A stretch of 56,345 nucleotides of DNA from a virus. Its lineage: Duplodnaviria > Caudoviricetes. Made by a program: the position numbers and the translations under genes. Below are positions 39,713 to 48,054 of this stretch, piece after piece (the first letter of the stretch is position 1; each line of letters opens with the position of its first letter). Where the stretch lies: the IMG/VR virus record IMGVR_UViG_3300009566_000006, positions 1-56,345 of that record; one strand, given 5' to 3'. The notes beneath the pieces were generated by a model. The model was not told the DNA's origin and did no database searches. It saw nothing but the letters and a program-made list of their open reading frames with translations.

Positions 39713-40213
39713 TCATACCTCACGTTTCACATTATAAAATTTAATAGCCCGATCCAGGACCCACCTGCCTATGCTTTCCCTGGACGAACTGTAATAGATA
39801 TGGACCCCGGACCTGATTTCAAAACTAACCAACGTCTGCCGGATCGCTTCAGGGCTCACCTTGCTGAATTCAAAAGGCTTGAGTAGATCCGATTCCCGAG
39901 CCTCTATAACCAGGCCCACAAAATCGAAATCCTTAAACCGTTCCATCTTCTGAATTGTCCGGGTGCGTTCAGAGGCGCAGTATGAAACCAGGTCCGATAT
40001 ACCTTTGCGTTCGATTGCAAATTTATCCTCAAAGCCCTGAATGCTGTAATCGCCGTCTTTCAGGGCTATTGATTTTATTACCAGGCCGGAAGGCAAGCGG
40101 GTAAAGAGGGGCCGCTGTTCCCGTGTGTCTGAAATCAAAACAAATCCATCCGGGAAATTAAAACCCTTCAGCTTGTACTCCTGTGCTGCGTAATCCCTAC
40201 CCTTTACCCGCAT
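39713..40213 (-). CDS. ERCC4-domain nuclease
   Basis: DTREQ...GDY...IERK motifs. Confidence 0.9.
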   Translation of the reverse strand: MRVKGRDYAAQEYKLKGFNFPDGFVLISDTREQRPLFTRLPSGLVIKSIALKDGDYSIQGFEDKFAIERKGISDLVSYCASERTRTIQKMERFKDFDFVGLVIEARESDLLKPFEFSKVSPEAIRQTLVSFEIRSGVHIYYSSSRESIGRWVLDRAIKFYNVKREV

Positions 40214-40227
40214 GCGTCCCCCTTCCC

Positions 40228-40491
40228 TTACTTTTCTTCCGTGGATTCCAGGTTGTCAGGGTCCAGGACGCCCCCGGCTTTGGCCGTATAGTCTTCGGCG
40301 CTGAGTTTAAACGGCGCATCAAAGCCGATATTGCCCTCTGCATTTTCCACAAGGGTAAGACCTACCGACATTTTGACCTTCCCTTTCTGTTCCGTGTAGC
40401 GCCTGTAAATCCTGGCCTTGTTATTCAGGATTTGGTTTTTGACAACTTCGGCGCTCTTTTCCAGGACCTTTTCAAACTGTTCCTGTTCCAT
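40228..40491 (-). CDS. Hypothetical protein
   Basis: GAGGGG RBS before MEQEQF. Confidence 0.55.
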   Translation of the reverse strand: MEQEQFEKVLEKSAEVVKNQILNNKARIYRRYTEQKGKVKMSVGLTLVENAEGNIGFDAPFKLSAEDYTAKAGGVLDPDNLESTEEK

Positions 40492-40825
40492 ATTATTCCC
40501 CCTCTTTCGTTTCCTGCTCGCGCAGCTGGCAAACGTCGAACGTCTTGATTGTTCCGTCGTCTGCAAAAGTAATGTTAATACCGGTCTGCACAGGGCCGGG
40601 CTTCATTGTTGTTGAAACATTGTCCGGTTTTACCGGGGCCGCGTTCGTTTTCTTTTTACTCGACATAAATTCTATCCTTTCTGTGTATGTGTGTGTGATT
40701 CAGCTTATCCACTAGGCGCGTGACCCCCGTAGGCCGGGCCGGAACGGACCGAGCCAGGGCCGAAGGGGGAAACGGGCGCCTGTGGGTAAGCGGGGTTAAA
40801 TTAAAAAATTATTACCGGGCTGGGT

Positions 40826-41356
40826 TTACCAATCCTGATTTGCCGGCGCCTTCTTTTCCTCTTTTGCAGCGCCCTTGCCGGATTCCTTCGGCTTTTCCTC
40901 CACCTTTGTTTTTACATTGGTGAGGCCGACGATATTTGCAAACTTGCCGTCTTTGCTGGCTTCAATTTTGATCTTGGCGAATTTGCCGGGGACGGATGTA
41001 ACTATTTTGCTCCACGGGGCCGAATCGAAAACGGACACGTCGCCGGGGAAATGCTGTTCAAACTTTTCAAACAGTTCGGTTGCAACCAGGATATCGGCAA
41101 CCTTCTGTTCCCCGAAGTCCGTACCTTCCGCGACGATAACGGAAACTTTTTTTCCATCGTCGTCTGTGCCGTCCTCTTTGATTACTGCCGGGAACGCAAT
41201 GAGCTTTTTGCCCTTTTTGTCCTCAAGCACCTTGCCGTCTTTTTCCAAGTAGGCAATACCCTCCTGGAACTCGATCATGTGCCAGCCGTCTGACGGCGGG
41301 GTGAATCCCCAATCAGCTGAATCTTTGCCCTGTCCTGCATATCCTTTTGACTTCAT
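40826..41356 (-). CDS. Putative single-stranded DNA-binding protein (DUF669-like)
   Basis: FTPPSDGWH N-terminus, flexible C-terminal tail ending DW, in the recombination module. Confidence 0.55.
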   Translation of the reverse strand: MKSKGYAGQGKDSADWGFTPPSDGWHMIEFQEGIAYLEKDGKVLEDKKGKKLIAFPAVIKEDGTDDDGKKVSVIVAEGTDFGEQKVADILVATELFEKFEQHFPGDVSVFDSAPWSKIVTSVPGKFAKIKIEASKDGKFANIVGLTNVKTKVEEKPKESGKGAAKEEKKAPANQDW

Positions 41357-41357
41357 A

Positions 41358-41624
41358 TTACTGTACTGCCTCCTTTGATTGATTGATGATGTTTAAAGTG
41401 TAAATTTGGTTGTTGATTGCCTTCAGGTGTTTGACGTAATCTTGGATACCGACACTGACATTTGCGTAATATGCTGCAACGTCCTTTTCGATATTCCCGG
41501 TCACTTCAAATTTCACCCTCCCCTTTTGCCATGACGCTTGAGGTTTAACTGTATGGCCGCGCATTGCCAGGAATGCTATAAGCTTTACGTCCTCAAACAC
41601 AAAGGCATTGCCGTTTTTCTCCAA
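41358..41624 (-). CDS. DUF5659-like small protein
   Basis: DVKLIAFLAMRGH; AAGGAGGT RBS. Confidence 0.6.
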   Translation of the reverse strand: MEKNGNAFVFEDVKLIAFLAMRGHTVKPQASWQKGRVKFEVTGNIEKDVAAYYANVSVGIQDYVKHLKAINNQIYTLNIINQSKEAVQ

Positions 41625-41682
41625 GCTGTACCTCCTTTCGATTTAATATATGCACCCGTGCTTATTGCAGGGTAAAAAAATA

Positions 41683-41880
41683 TTATCCGATTGATTTATG
41701 CAGGGCCGATATCGCTTTGCACAGATTGAAGTATTCGTCCAGGACAGCACCGGGCCGGTCCTTCAGTTGCCGTGAGTTAATGCTTATGATGATAAACGAT
41801 ACCGCCTTAAATCGCATTTGGATATCTTTCAATTTATCTTCGGCACGTATGGCCCTGTCTTTGTATGAAATCCGGCCCAT
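41683..41880 (-). CDS. Hypothetical protein
   Basis: Co-oriented ORF adjacent to the ATPase stop codon. Confidence 0.4.
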   Translation of the reverse strand: MGRISYKDRAIRAEDKLKDIQMRFKAVSFIIISINSRQLKDRPGAVLDEYFNLCKAISALHKSIG

Positions 41881-41881
41881 G

Positions 41882-43207
41882 TTAATTAACCGCCTTTACC
41901 GTGCCGTCCTCAATGTAGAATCCCACCTTGCCCGAGCTATCCACGCATTCAAGCCATATCTGAAAATCGTGATCCGCCGTGAGTTTTCTGATAACGGCAA
42001 GACTGTCTTCATCCAGTAGGGAAGCGTCTTTGATTCGCAGGACCCGCAATTTCGGATTCATTTTCATGCCAATGGTGAGCCCGATTGTGATTGCTTCAGC
42101 TGCCGAACACTGAGATATGGGGAGATTGTTATATAAAAGCTTTTCTTCCCCGAGAGTAAGGCCAGGCACCGGGATCTCACAGGATTCCAGGGCCGTTGTT
42201 TTTTCCTTCTCTTTGGCCTGGATCTGTAATGTAAAATTGTCATACTCTTTTTGTAGCGTCTGTAAATCGGTCCCGGCTTTGTTGTTGTCGGCATTGTTCC
42301 GGACGGTTTTATTCGTTTCATCTATCTTGCTTATTTCGTCCTGGATCGGCTGGATTTCGATTGCTTCCTTCAGGTCCAGTGCGTCGCGCTTTTTCCGCCA
42401 TTCAGCCCTGATATTGTCAACCTCTGCCTGGATCAACTTGTTCCCTTCCTCAAGGGCCGCGATTTCCGCCCTTTTCTGTTCTATCTCAGCTTCCTTTGTT
42501 TTGATGGATTCCAGCCGGGCCGTACCCGCGGCTTTCAAGGTGTCGAGTGCGGCCTGTGCGTCCGTCATTTCCTGGTTGTGCGCTATGGCCTTTGTGAGCT
42601 TATCGGTCAGTTCGGCCGCGGATACCTCTTTATCAGGCGCGCCCGGTACTATGGCAGGAAGGGAGTTATAATGACCTTCAGCTTTCTTTACATCCCGGCC
42701 CTTGATCTGCCGTTCATCCTTCAGGCGTTTTATTTCTTTGTCAATGCCGTCGATATCTACGCCCATGAGCCCTAAAACGATATCCCGTTGCTCTTTATTA
42801 TCCTTGTTAATGAATGCCAGGGGATCAAAAGACAGCTTGCCTATAATCTGATCCAGAAGCGTTTGGGGGCTTGAGATTTTTTGAGGGCTAGAGTTTTTTC
42901 CGCCGTCAACCGATTCAATAGTAAGGGTGCCTTTCGGGTTTTTTGTGCTGAAGGTTTTGCTTACCAGGTATTCAATCCTGTCCGGCCCTTCCCCGATTGC
43001 CATGTGAAGCTTGCCCTTGCTCTCTCCGATCTTGACCGGCTTTTCGGGCATGGCGCCGCTACCTTCAAACAGGGCGTCAATAGTTTCCAGAATAGAGGAT
43101 TTCCCTTGTTTATTTTTCCCGGTTATCTGGATTACGTCCCCTGTGGGAGTAATGTCTATGGCGGATAACCGTTTAAAGTTTTCAGCTTTCAGATTGATTA
43201 TTTTCAA
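41882..43207 (-). CDS. SMC/Rad50-like coiled-coil ATPase
   Basis: ENFKRL, GKNKQGKSS Walker A, long coiled coil, CSAAE signature, IKDASLLD. Confidence 0.85.
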   Translation of the reverse strand: MKIINLKAENFKRLSAIDITPTGDVIQITGKNKQGKSSILETIDALFEGSGAMPEKPVKIGESKGKLHMAIGEGPDRIEYLVSKTFSTKNPKGTLTIESVDGGKNSSPQKISSPQTLLDQIIGKLSFDPLAFINKDNKEQRDIVLGLMGVDIDGIDKEIKRLKDERQIKGRDVKKAEGHYNSLPAIVPGAPDKEVSAAELTDKLTKAIAHNQEMTDAQAALDTLKAAGTARLESIKTKEAEIEQKRAEIAALEEGNKLIQAEVDNIRAEWRKKRDALDLKEAIEIQPIQDEISKIDETNKTVRNNADNNKAGTDLQTLQKEYDNFTLQIQAKEKEKTTALESCEIPVPGLTLGEEKLLYNNLPISQCSAAEAITIGLTIGMKMNPKLRVLRIKDASLLDEDSLAVIRKLTADHDFQIWLECVDSSGKVGFYIEDGTVKAVN

Positions 43208-43922
43208 CTGCCTTCCCCCCTTCCTGTGTGAAAATTTCGTGTTCATCCACAAAGTCAACGCCGTCCACTACGGTAAGCGGGTCCACGTTGCGCAAGAGGC
43301 CGGAAATAATAACCGCCCTTCCTTTTTCGCTCATATTATCAAAGCCGTTGACGGCGCCGGCCAGTCTTGCTGTAACTCCTGCCAGTGAAGGGGGTTGAAC
43401 GTTGTACCCCTTCTTAACGAACTTGATTACCCGCAGAAATGAGCCCCCGGCGTCCTCTACTCTTTCCGGGAATGTATAAACCAATCGGCGCGCTGCAAGG
43501 TCCTGGTAAAAATCATCGGACACTACGGAATGAAATTTATATAACTCTCCATCATGGTCTATCCATACAGCGGCCTGGCAGATTGTGAAATCGAATGAAT
43601 TGATAAGGGTGAACGGATCGTTAAAGGTCCAGCGGGTAATGAACTGGACCGGGATTCGCGGCGGGGCCAGGACTGTTATAGCATTGTCGGACCTGTGAAC
43701 CTTTCCCCTGCGTTCGGCACACAGATTCAAGGCAACAACATTTACCAAATCTATTGTTGGTCCGAACAGGTCTATATCCGTTACCCTTTCCCCTGCCAAT
43801 GTTGCGCGTATAAATCCCCCTCCAAGTATTAGACTACCAGGACTGTCTTTGAGCGCCTTCCTGATATCTTTTGGTATCCGGCTGCAAATGAAATTCAGGT
43901 CAACCGGGCGTAGCTCTTTCAT
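43182..43922 (-). CDS. Nucleotidyltransferase-fold protein
   Basis: LGGGFIR...DIDLF...FDFTICQ. Confidence 0.7.
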   Translation of the reverse strand: MKELRPVDLNFICSRIPKDIRKALKDSPGSLILGGGFIRATLAGERVTDIDLFGPTIDLVNVVALNLCAERRGKVHRSDNAITVLAPPRIPVQFITRWTFNDPFTLINSFDFTICQAAVWIDHDGELYKFHSVVSDDFYQDLAARRLVYTFPERVEDAGGSFLRVIKFVKKGYNVQPPSLAGVTARLAGAVNGFDNMSEKGRAVIISGLLRNVDPLTVVDGVDFVDEHEIFTQEGGKAVENNQSES

Positions 43923-43957
43923 AATTTTATTCTCCTTTCTCCTTTCAGTTATTAATT

Positions 43958-44746
43958 TTATCTTTCCCCGTGGGCTACCTGCAAAATCTTCTCGATATTC
44001 AATATCCTGTTTGTAACGCCCCCTTCCGGATAGATACCGGTCCACTTCGCTATAAACGAGCCATCTGATTCAAAAGACACAAGCGGCGGGTATATCTTTA
44101 CTCCTTTCTCATAGTGCGGCTTAACCAGACCAATGAAATCAAAGTATCCTGGCATATCTTTTGAGAAATCCTTACCCTTAAGGGACGGTGCAGCTGACAG
44201 TGTCCGGTCCCATTTCGGATTAGATTCCAGCCGGGCAAGGCATATGACGGTTTTTCCGCGCTGTGAGAACCTTGCTATTGAATTTGTAAAACGTGACATT
44301 TGACCGGACAACGCGCCGTAATCTTCGGGGGATGATTTGACCTGCATAGTCAGAGCTTTTGCAATAGCATCATCTTTTTTCTTCGGGTCCTCTAACCGGG
44401 TTTCATAGGCGTCCCCGGTAATTTCGGCCAGGAGTAGAATCATAAGGTGCGTAAAGCTATCCACGATAATAGTAGCGTATTTACTGAAATCGTATGTTTC
44501 CAGGAAATTCATAGCGTCAAGGAAAGCTCCGTAATAGGCAAAATCAACTTTAGTGAAAGCCTCTTGTCGCCGTGCCGCTATAAGGAATTTCTTTGTGTCT
44601 CGCGGCTCAGTCATTATGTACATTGCAGGTAATGGGCAGGTCTGAATTGAGGTAACAGATTTTCCCTCTCCTGCATCCGAGTATAAAAGAATTAGATCGC
44701 CGGTGATTTCACGGTTCATTAATTCCTGTGCGGTCATTATTTTCAT
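43958..44746 (-). CDS. AAA_24/Sak4-like ATPase (recombinase)
   Basis: YSDAGEGKS, IIVDSFT, DYG and YFDFIG motifs. Confidence 0.8.
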   Translation of the reverse strand: MKIMTAQELMNREITGDLILLYSDAGEGKSVTSIQTCPLPAMYIMTEPRDTKKFLIAARRQEAFTKVDFAYYGAFLDAMNFLETYDFSKYATIIVDSFTHLMILLLAEITGDAYETRLEDPKKKDDAIAKALTMQVKSSPEDYGALSGQMSRFTNSIARFSQRGKTVICLARLESNPKWDRTLSAAPSLKGKDFSKDMPGYFDFIGLVKPHYEKGVKIYPPLVSFESDGSFIAKWTGIYPEGGVTNRILNIEKILQVAHGER

Positions 44747-45300
44747 TGTTTATTCTCCTGTCGTGGGATCGGTAAAAGCTCCGGGTGTTCAAGATTGTTC
44801 CGTAAGTGGTTACAGAATTGCCGCCATTGCGGAAGCCGGTGTGTTGTGCGCTGGATCAGCATATTGCGAATCGTTTTGTAATTGACTTTCCACATTCGGC
44901 CCTGTAGGAAGCCTTCAGGGATATCGTTTTTCAGTTGATCTATGGTAATGATTCCTGCTTTGAATTCATCTATTCTCACATTCAGGTATTCCAGGTATGG
45001 TTGATGGATCGGATGTTCAAAATCGCCCTGAACCAACGCCCTCTTGTGTATCGTGTGCATGGTGGATTCAGATTGCTTCGTTGCTCCTACCCTGTACGTG
45101 TCCGCTTCCTGCCACCAGAAGCGCGGAGCCTGGACGTAAAGCCATACGCTTATTGATTCCAGGAATTTATTTTCCCCGCAATCTTTGAAACAGAGCCTTT
45201 CCGCAACTTCGATAGCACGGGAAAATGTTATGCCATAGGAAAGTGACAAACCCCTGACAGCTTCATGGTATCCCGCTTCACGTTCGATTATTACTTTCAA
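44743..45300 (-). CDS. ThyX(Thy1)-like phage protein, divergent
   Basis: KFLE...APRFWWQEADTYR...SESTMH...NYKTIRN...HRLPQW; lacks the canonical RHR motif. Confidence 0.65.
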   Translation of the reverse strand: MKVIIEREAGYHEAVRGLSLSYGITFSRAIEVAERLCFKDCGENKFLESISVWLYVQAPRFWWQEADTYRVGATKQSESTMHTIHKRALVQGDFEHPIHQPYLEYLNVRIDEFKAGIITIDQLKNDIPEGFLQGRMWKVNYKTIRNMLIQRTTHRLPQWRQFCNHLRNNLEHPELLPIPRQENKQ

Positions 45301-45463
45301 TTTTTTATTATCCTCCTTACTGTAAATGCTATGTATCCCTGGATTAGAAACAAGATCAAAACCAGGAACATGATTGACAAGACCTTGTCCGGCGAAACTT
45401 TGTCGATCAGGTCCATGAATCGCATTGTTGTGCTTGAGATTTCTATTTCCCCGCTTCTTACCA

Positions 45464-45760
45464 TTATGATTTCTTTCTCAATTTCTTTAGGGCCTTTTTG
45501 CTGAGTTTCTTATTGGTACGCTTCAGGCTCCCGGTTTCGGTGATTAAGTATTCGGCGCCGTTCCTGCCCGTGACTGTATCCCCGGCAGAGCTGCGATCAC
45601 CGGGCTTGTAGTATTTCGGGCGTGGTCGTTCGATCACCCCGAGCTTTCTGTAATTTGAGATAGCTTCCCCTGTTACTTTTTCCTGCCATTTACTGAGGCT
45701 ATCAACCGCTACTGTCTTATCGTCTATTACGATGATTTCAGGCTCCTGCATTTTTACCAC
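45464..45760 (-). CDS. Hypothetical basic protein
   Basis: Overlapping co-oriented ORF. Confidence 0.5.
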   Translation of the reverse strand: MVKMQEPEIIVIDDKTVAVDSLSKWQEKVTGEAISNYRKLGVIERPRPKYYKPGDRSSAGDTVTGRNGAEYLITETGSLKRTNKKLSKKALKKLRKKS

Positions 45761-46794
45761 TCGTCTCCCTTTCCGTTTTTATCACTCCTGATTTCATACC
45801 TTTCTTCACTCGCATGATTCCCGTGTCTGCATATCGGAAGCATGTCGCAAGGAATTTTCGGTAAGACGTTGCTGCAATTTTTATCATTGCGGTAAAACGA
45901 ATCATTTCCTTTGGCACGTTCGTATTCAGCGTTAAGGATTTCATAAATGATGAACTGATAACGGTCCCGGACTTCATCTAAGTTGAATTCGGACCTGTGG
46001 AACTTTTTACCGAATGTGCGTTTCTCCCGGTCCCATCCGATGAAATATTCTGAGGGCCGGGAAATTATATCTTGGTAGGTCCTTTCCTCATATTCATCAA
46101 CGCTTTCGTTTTTATATGATTTTGTGCTTTTGAGATCCGGGACCTTGACCACTTCCATGATGCAGTATTCAAGGTGCGGGTCGGCCAGGAAATAGGTCGC
46201 GTTCTGCGATTGAATATAATAAAGGTCCGTGTAGTAATTCGGGCTCCCGGACAGTTTTGTTTCGACAAAATGATCTGAATATAGCCGGTCATAGAATCCA
46301 TTAACGTTTAAATTGACCGGCACGTCTAAATACCTACAAACAATAGGCAGGTTAATTTTGACCTCAGCCTGTAACTGTGCGCCGGGCTCCGTTTGAATGT
46401 CTAGGGTTTTAAAGGCACGGTACACAGCCTTGACTTTCGCAACTTCACGCGGAGGAATTTCGTGTTCCTGGATTGTCCCGGCAATGTCCACTTCCCCGCC
46501 GTGATGGTGCTGCATGACAATGTCCCAAAGTTTCCCGCGCTTAAGGGCGTCTGAAAGCATGGGTTTTTTAACCTGGATTCCGCAGAACTTACGCAAATAA
46601 AAAAGACGGTGGCAGGTCAGATAATCTTGAACGCTGGAATGTGAAAGGGTGATTGGTTTAGTGCATACTAAACAGTGGTACATTTCGGGACGGCTGCAAT
46701 AGCCCTTATTGTTGCCGTTGGGAACATAAGAAAGACAGGGCTTATCGTCTTTGAATGTCGGATTGAAGAATTTACAGTTTTCGCCTAATACCAT
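45754..46794 (-). CDS. PD-(D/E)XK (Cas4/RecB-like) exonuclease
   Basis: LSHSS...C, GFYDR...VETK, Q..TY, C-terminal Cys cluster. Confidence 0.85.
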   Translation of the reverse strand: MVLGENCKFFNPTFKDDKPCLSYVPNGNNKGYCSRPEMYHCLVCTKPITLSHSSVQDYLTCHRLFYLRKFCGIQVKKPMLSDALKRGKLWDIVMQHHHGGEVDIAGTIQEHEIPPREVAKVKAVYRAFKTLDIQTEPGAQLQAEVKINLPIVCRYLDVPVNLNVNGFYDRLYSDHFVETKLSGSPNYYTDLYYIQSQNATYFLADPHLEYCIMEVVKVPDLKSTKSYKNESVDEYEERTYQDIISRPSEYFIGWDREKRTFGKKFHRSEFNLDEVRDRYQFIIYEILNAEYERAKGNDSFYRNDKNCSNVLPKIPCDMLPICRHGNHASEERYEIRSDKNGKGDEW

Positions 46795-46797
46795 CCC

Positions 46798-47043
46798 TTA
46801 CCCCCTTCTGATAAAAATGCCGTATGTGTTGCTTGATGGATCAATGCCTGGCCTACCGTTGTACTCGCTTATTATATTGTTGCTGTGGGCTTGTAATGCT
46901 GCCTGGCCCTGCGGAGATTTAAGCCAGTTCTGGAATTCTTCCCTGTTCATACGCATTTCAATTCTCAGTTCCAGAAGAAAACATTTCAGCCACTTTTTAT
47001 AATCAAACCCTTGTCTCAAATATGCACCTGTCCCTTGTCTCAA
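46798..47043 (-). CDS. Hypothetical protein, first gene of the leftward early operon
   Basis: ORF start lies in the 24-bp duplication next to a palindrome copy; start uncertain. Confidence 0.4.
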   Translation of the reverse strand: MRQGTGAYLRQGFDYKKWLKCFLLELRIEMRMNREEFQNWLKSPQGQAALQAHSNNIISEYNGRPGIDPSSNTYGIFIRRG

Positions 47044-47055
47044 ATATGCACCTGT
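47008..47055. repeat. Perfect 24-bp tandem duplication
   Basis: CCCTTGTCTCAAATATGCACCTGT x2. Confidence 0.95.
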
Positions 47056-47273
47056 GCTTATAATTGGGTAAAAAAAATGGAACTTCCTTACTGCTTATGT
47101 CTTTATTGACATAATTGTTAAGCTTTGTATATCTGGTCACGTTTTTATTAGTGTTTGTATATTGCGATAAAGTATATACATAAGATATCAGCATAAATAA
47201 TATGGCACCCGTGCTTATGCGGACCCATAAAAAAACGGACTAATATCTAATCCGTTTTCCTATGGGAGCCGCT

Positions 47274-47678
47274 TTAAGATTTCTTCCAATGCTTTGCGAG
47301 TTTTTTAATGTGATTCAAAAAGTCCGGATCATCTACAATCTGGCCGAACAAATCCAGGTTAGCACGAATCTTTGAATCACGATTAATCGCTTTCTTTTGG
47401 TCTTCTGAAAATTTTTTTCCTGTCCTTTTCTCGAAATCCTGCGGCATTAAACTAAGACCTCCCAACAGATTAATAAAGTAGTAGGCGGAAATGTCTCGCG
47501 TACCGTTATTGAATTCGCTATGCCTTCTATAAGGTGTACTCTGGTTGGGAAATGATTTCTCCATCCATTCTACAACGCCTAGCCCCTGCTTAGATGCTTC
47601 AGCCTTGAGATCGGGCCAAAACTCATTAAAGTTTACCTCTGGTTTTCGTGAGGCCCTTTTAGCTTTAGGCTTTTCCAT
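47274..47678 (-). CDS. Putative phage repressor (divergent XRE-like HTH)
   Basis: HSEFNNGTRDIS resembles an XRE recognition helix; flanked on both sides by palindrome copies. Confidence 0.55.
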   Translation of the reverse strand: MEKPKAKRASRKPEVNFNEFWPDLKAEASKQGLGVVEWMEKSFPNQSTPYRRHSEFNNGTRDISAYYFINLLGGLSLMPQDFEKRTGKKFSEDQKKAINRDSKIRANLDLFGQIVDDPDFLNHIKKLAKHWKKS

Positions 47679-47774
47679 TTCTCTTACCCCGCATGTGTAG
47701 TTTTAGGTTCAAACCATTTACCCCGTTGACGTGATCGGAAGGATATCAAAGCGAAAAATTAAATGCAAGCCAAA

Positions 47775-47864
47775 ATAAGCACCCTTGCCAATAAACTGAT
47801 ATAAAATAAATCGGCACCTGTGCGTATTTTTGGCTTGACTTGTATAGGCACCCCTGCTTATAAT
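47775..47864 (+). promoter_or_regulatory. Sigma70 promoter with three palindromic operators
   Basis: TTGACT(47835)-18 bp-TATAAT(47859); palindromes at 47775, 47810 and 47844, the last between -35 and -10. Confidence 0.8.
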
Positions 47865-47950
47865 CCGTCCCGCGTTTGAGAAATGAGTTTTTAACCATTC
47901 ACCTTTTTCTATAGGAGGCCGCATGAGGTAGAGATTCAATCATTTGTAAC

Positions 47951-48006
47951 ACCCCTGACGAGCCGGTGAGATTCCGGCGAAATCCCCTGGATACGGGGGA
48001 TCGGGT
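47951..48006 (+). ncRNA. Hammerhead ribozyme, type I
   Basis: Stem I ACCC/GGGT; CTGACGA core; stem II GCCGG/CCGGC; GAAA; stem III TCCCCT/GGGGGA; AUC cleavage triplet (cut after 48002). Confidence 0.88.
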
Positions 48007-48054
48007 TAAAAAAGTTTTGTTCTTTCCATTCTCTATACTGAATTGTTTGCTTAG

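Noticed and set aside
35577-46794. DinG helicase plus Cas4-like nuclease as a type IV CRISPR system
   Set aside because: No Cas7/Cas5/Cas6 genes and no repeat-spacer array; both genes sit in an ordinary phage replication/recombination operon
47718-47939. 73-aa minus-strand ORF across the promoter/operator region
   Set aside because: No RBS or motif; it overlaps three operators and the promoter, so it is likely spurious
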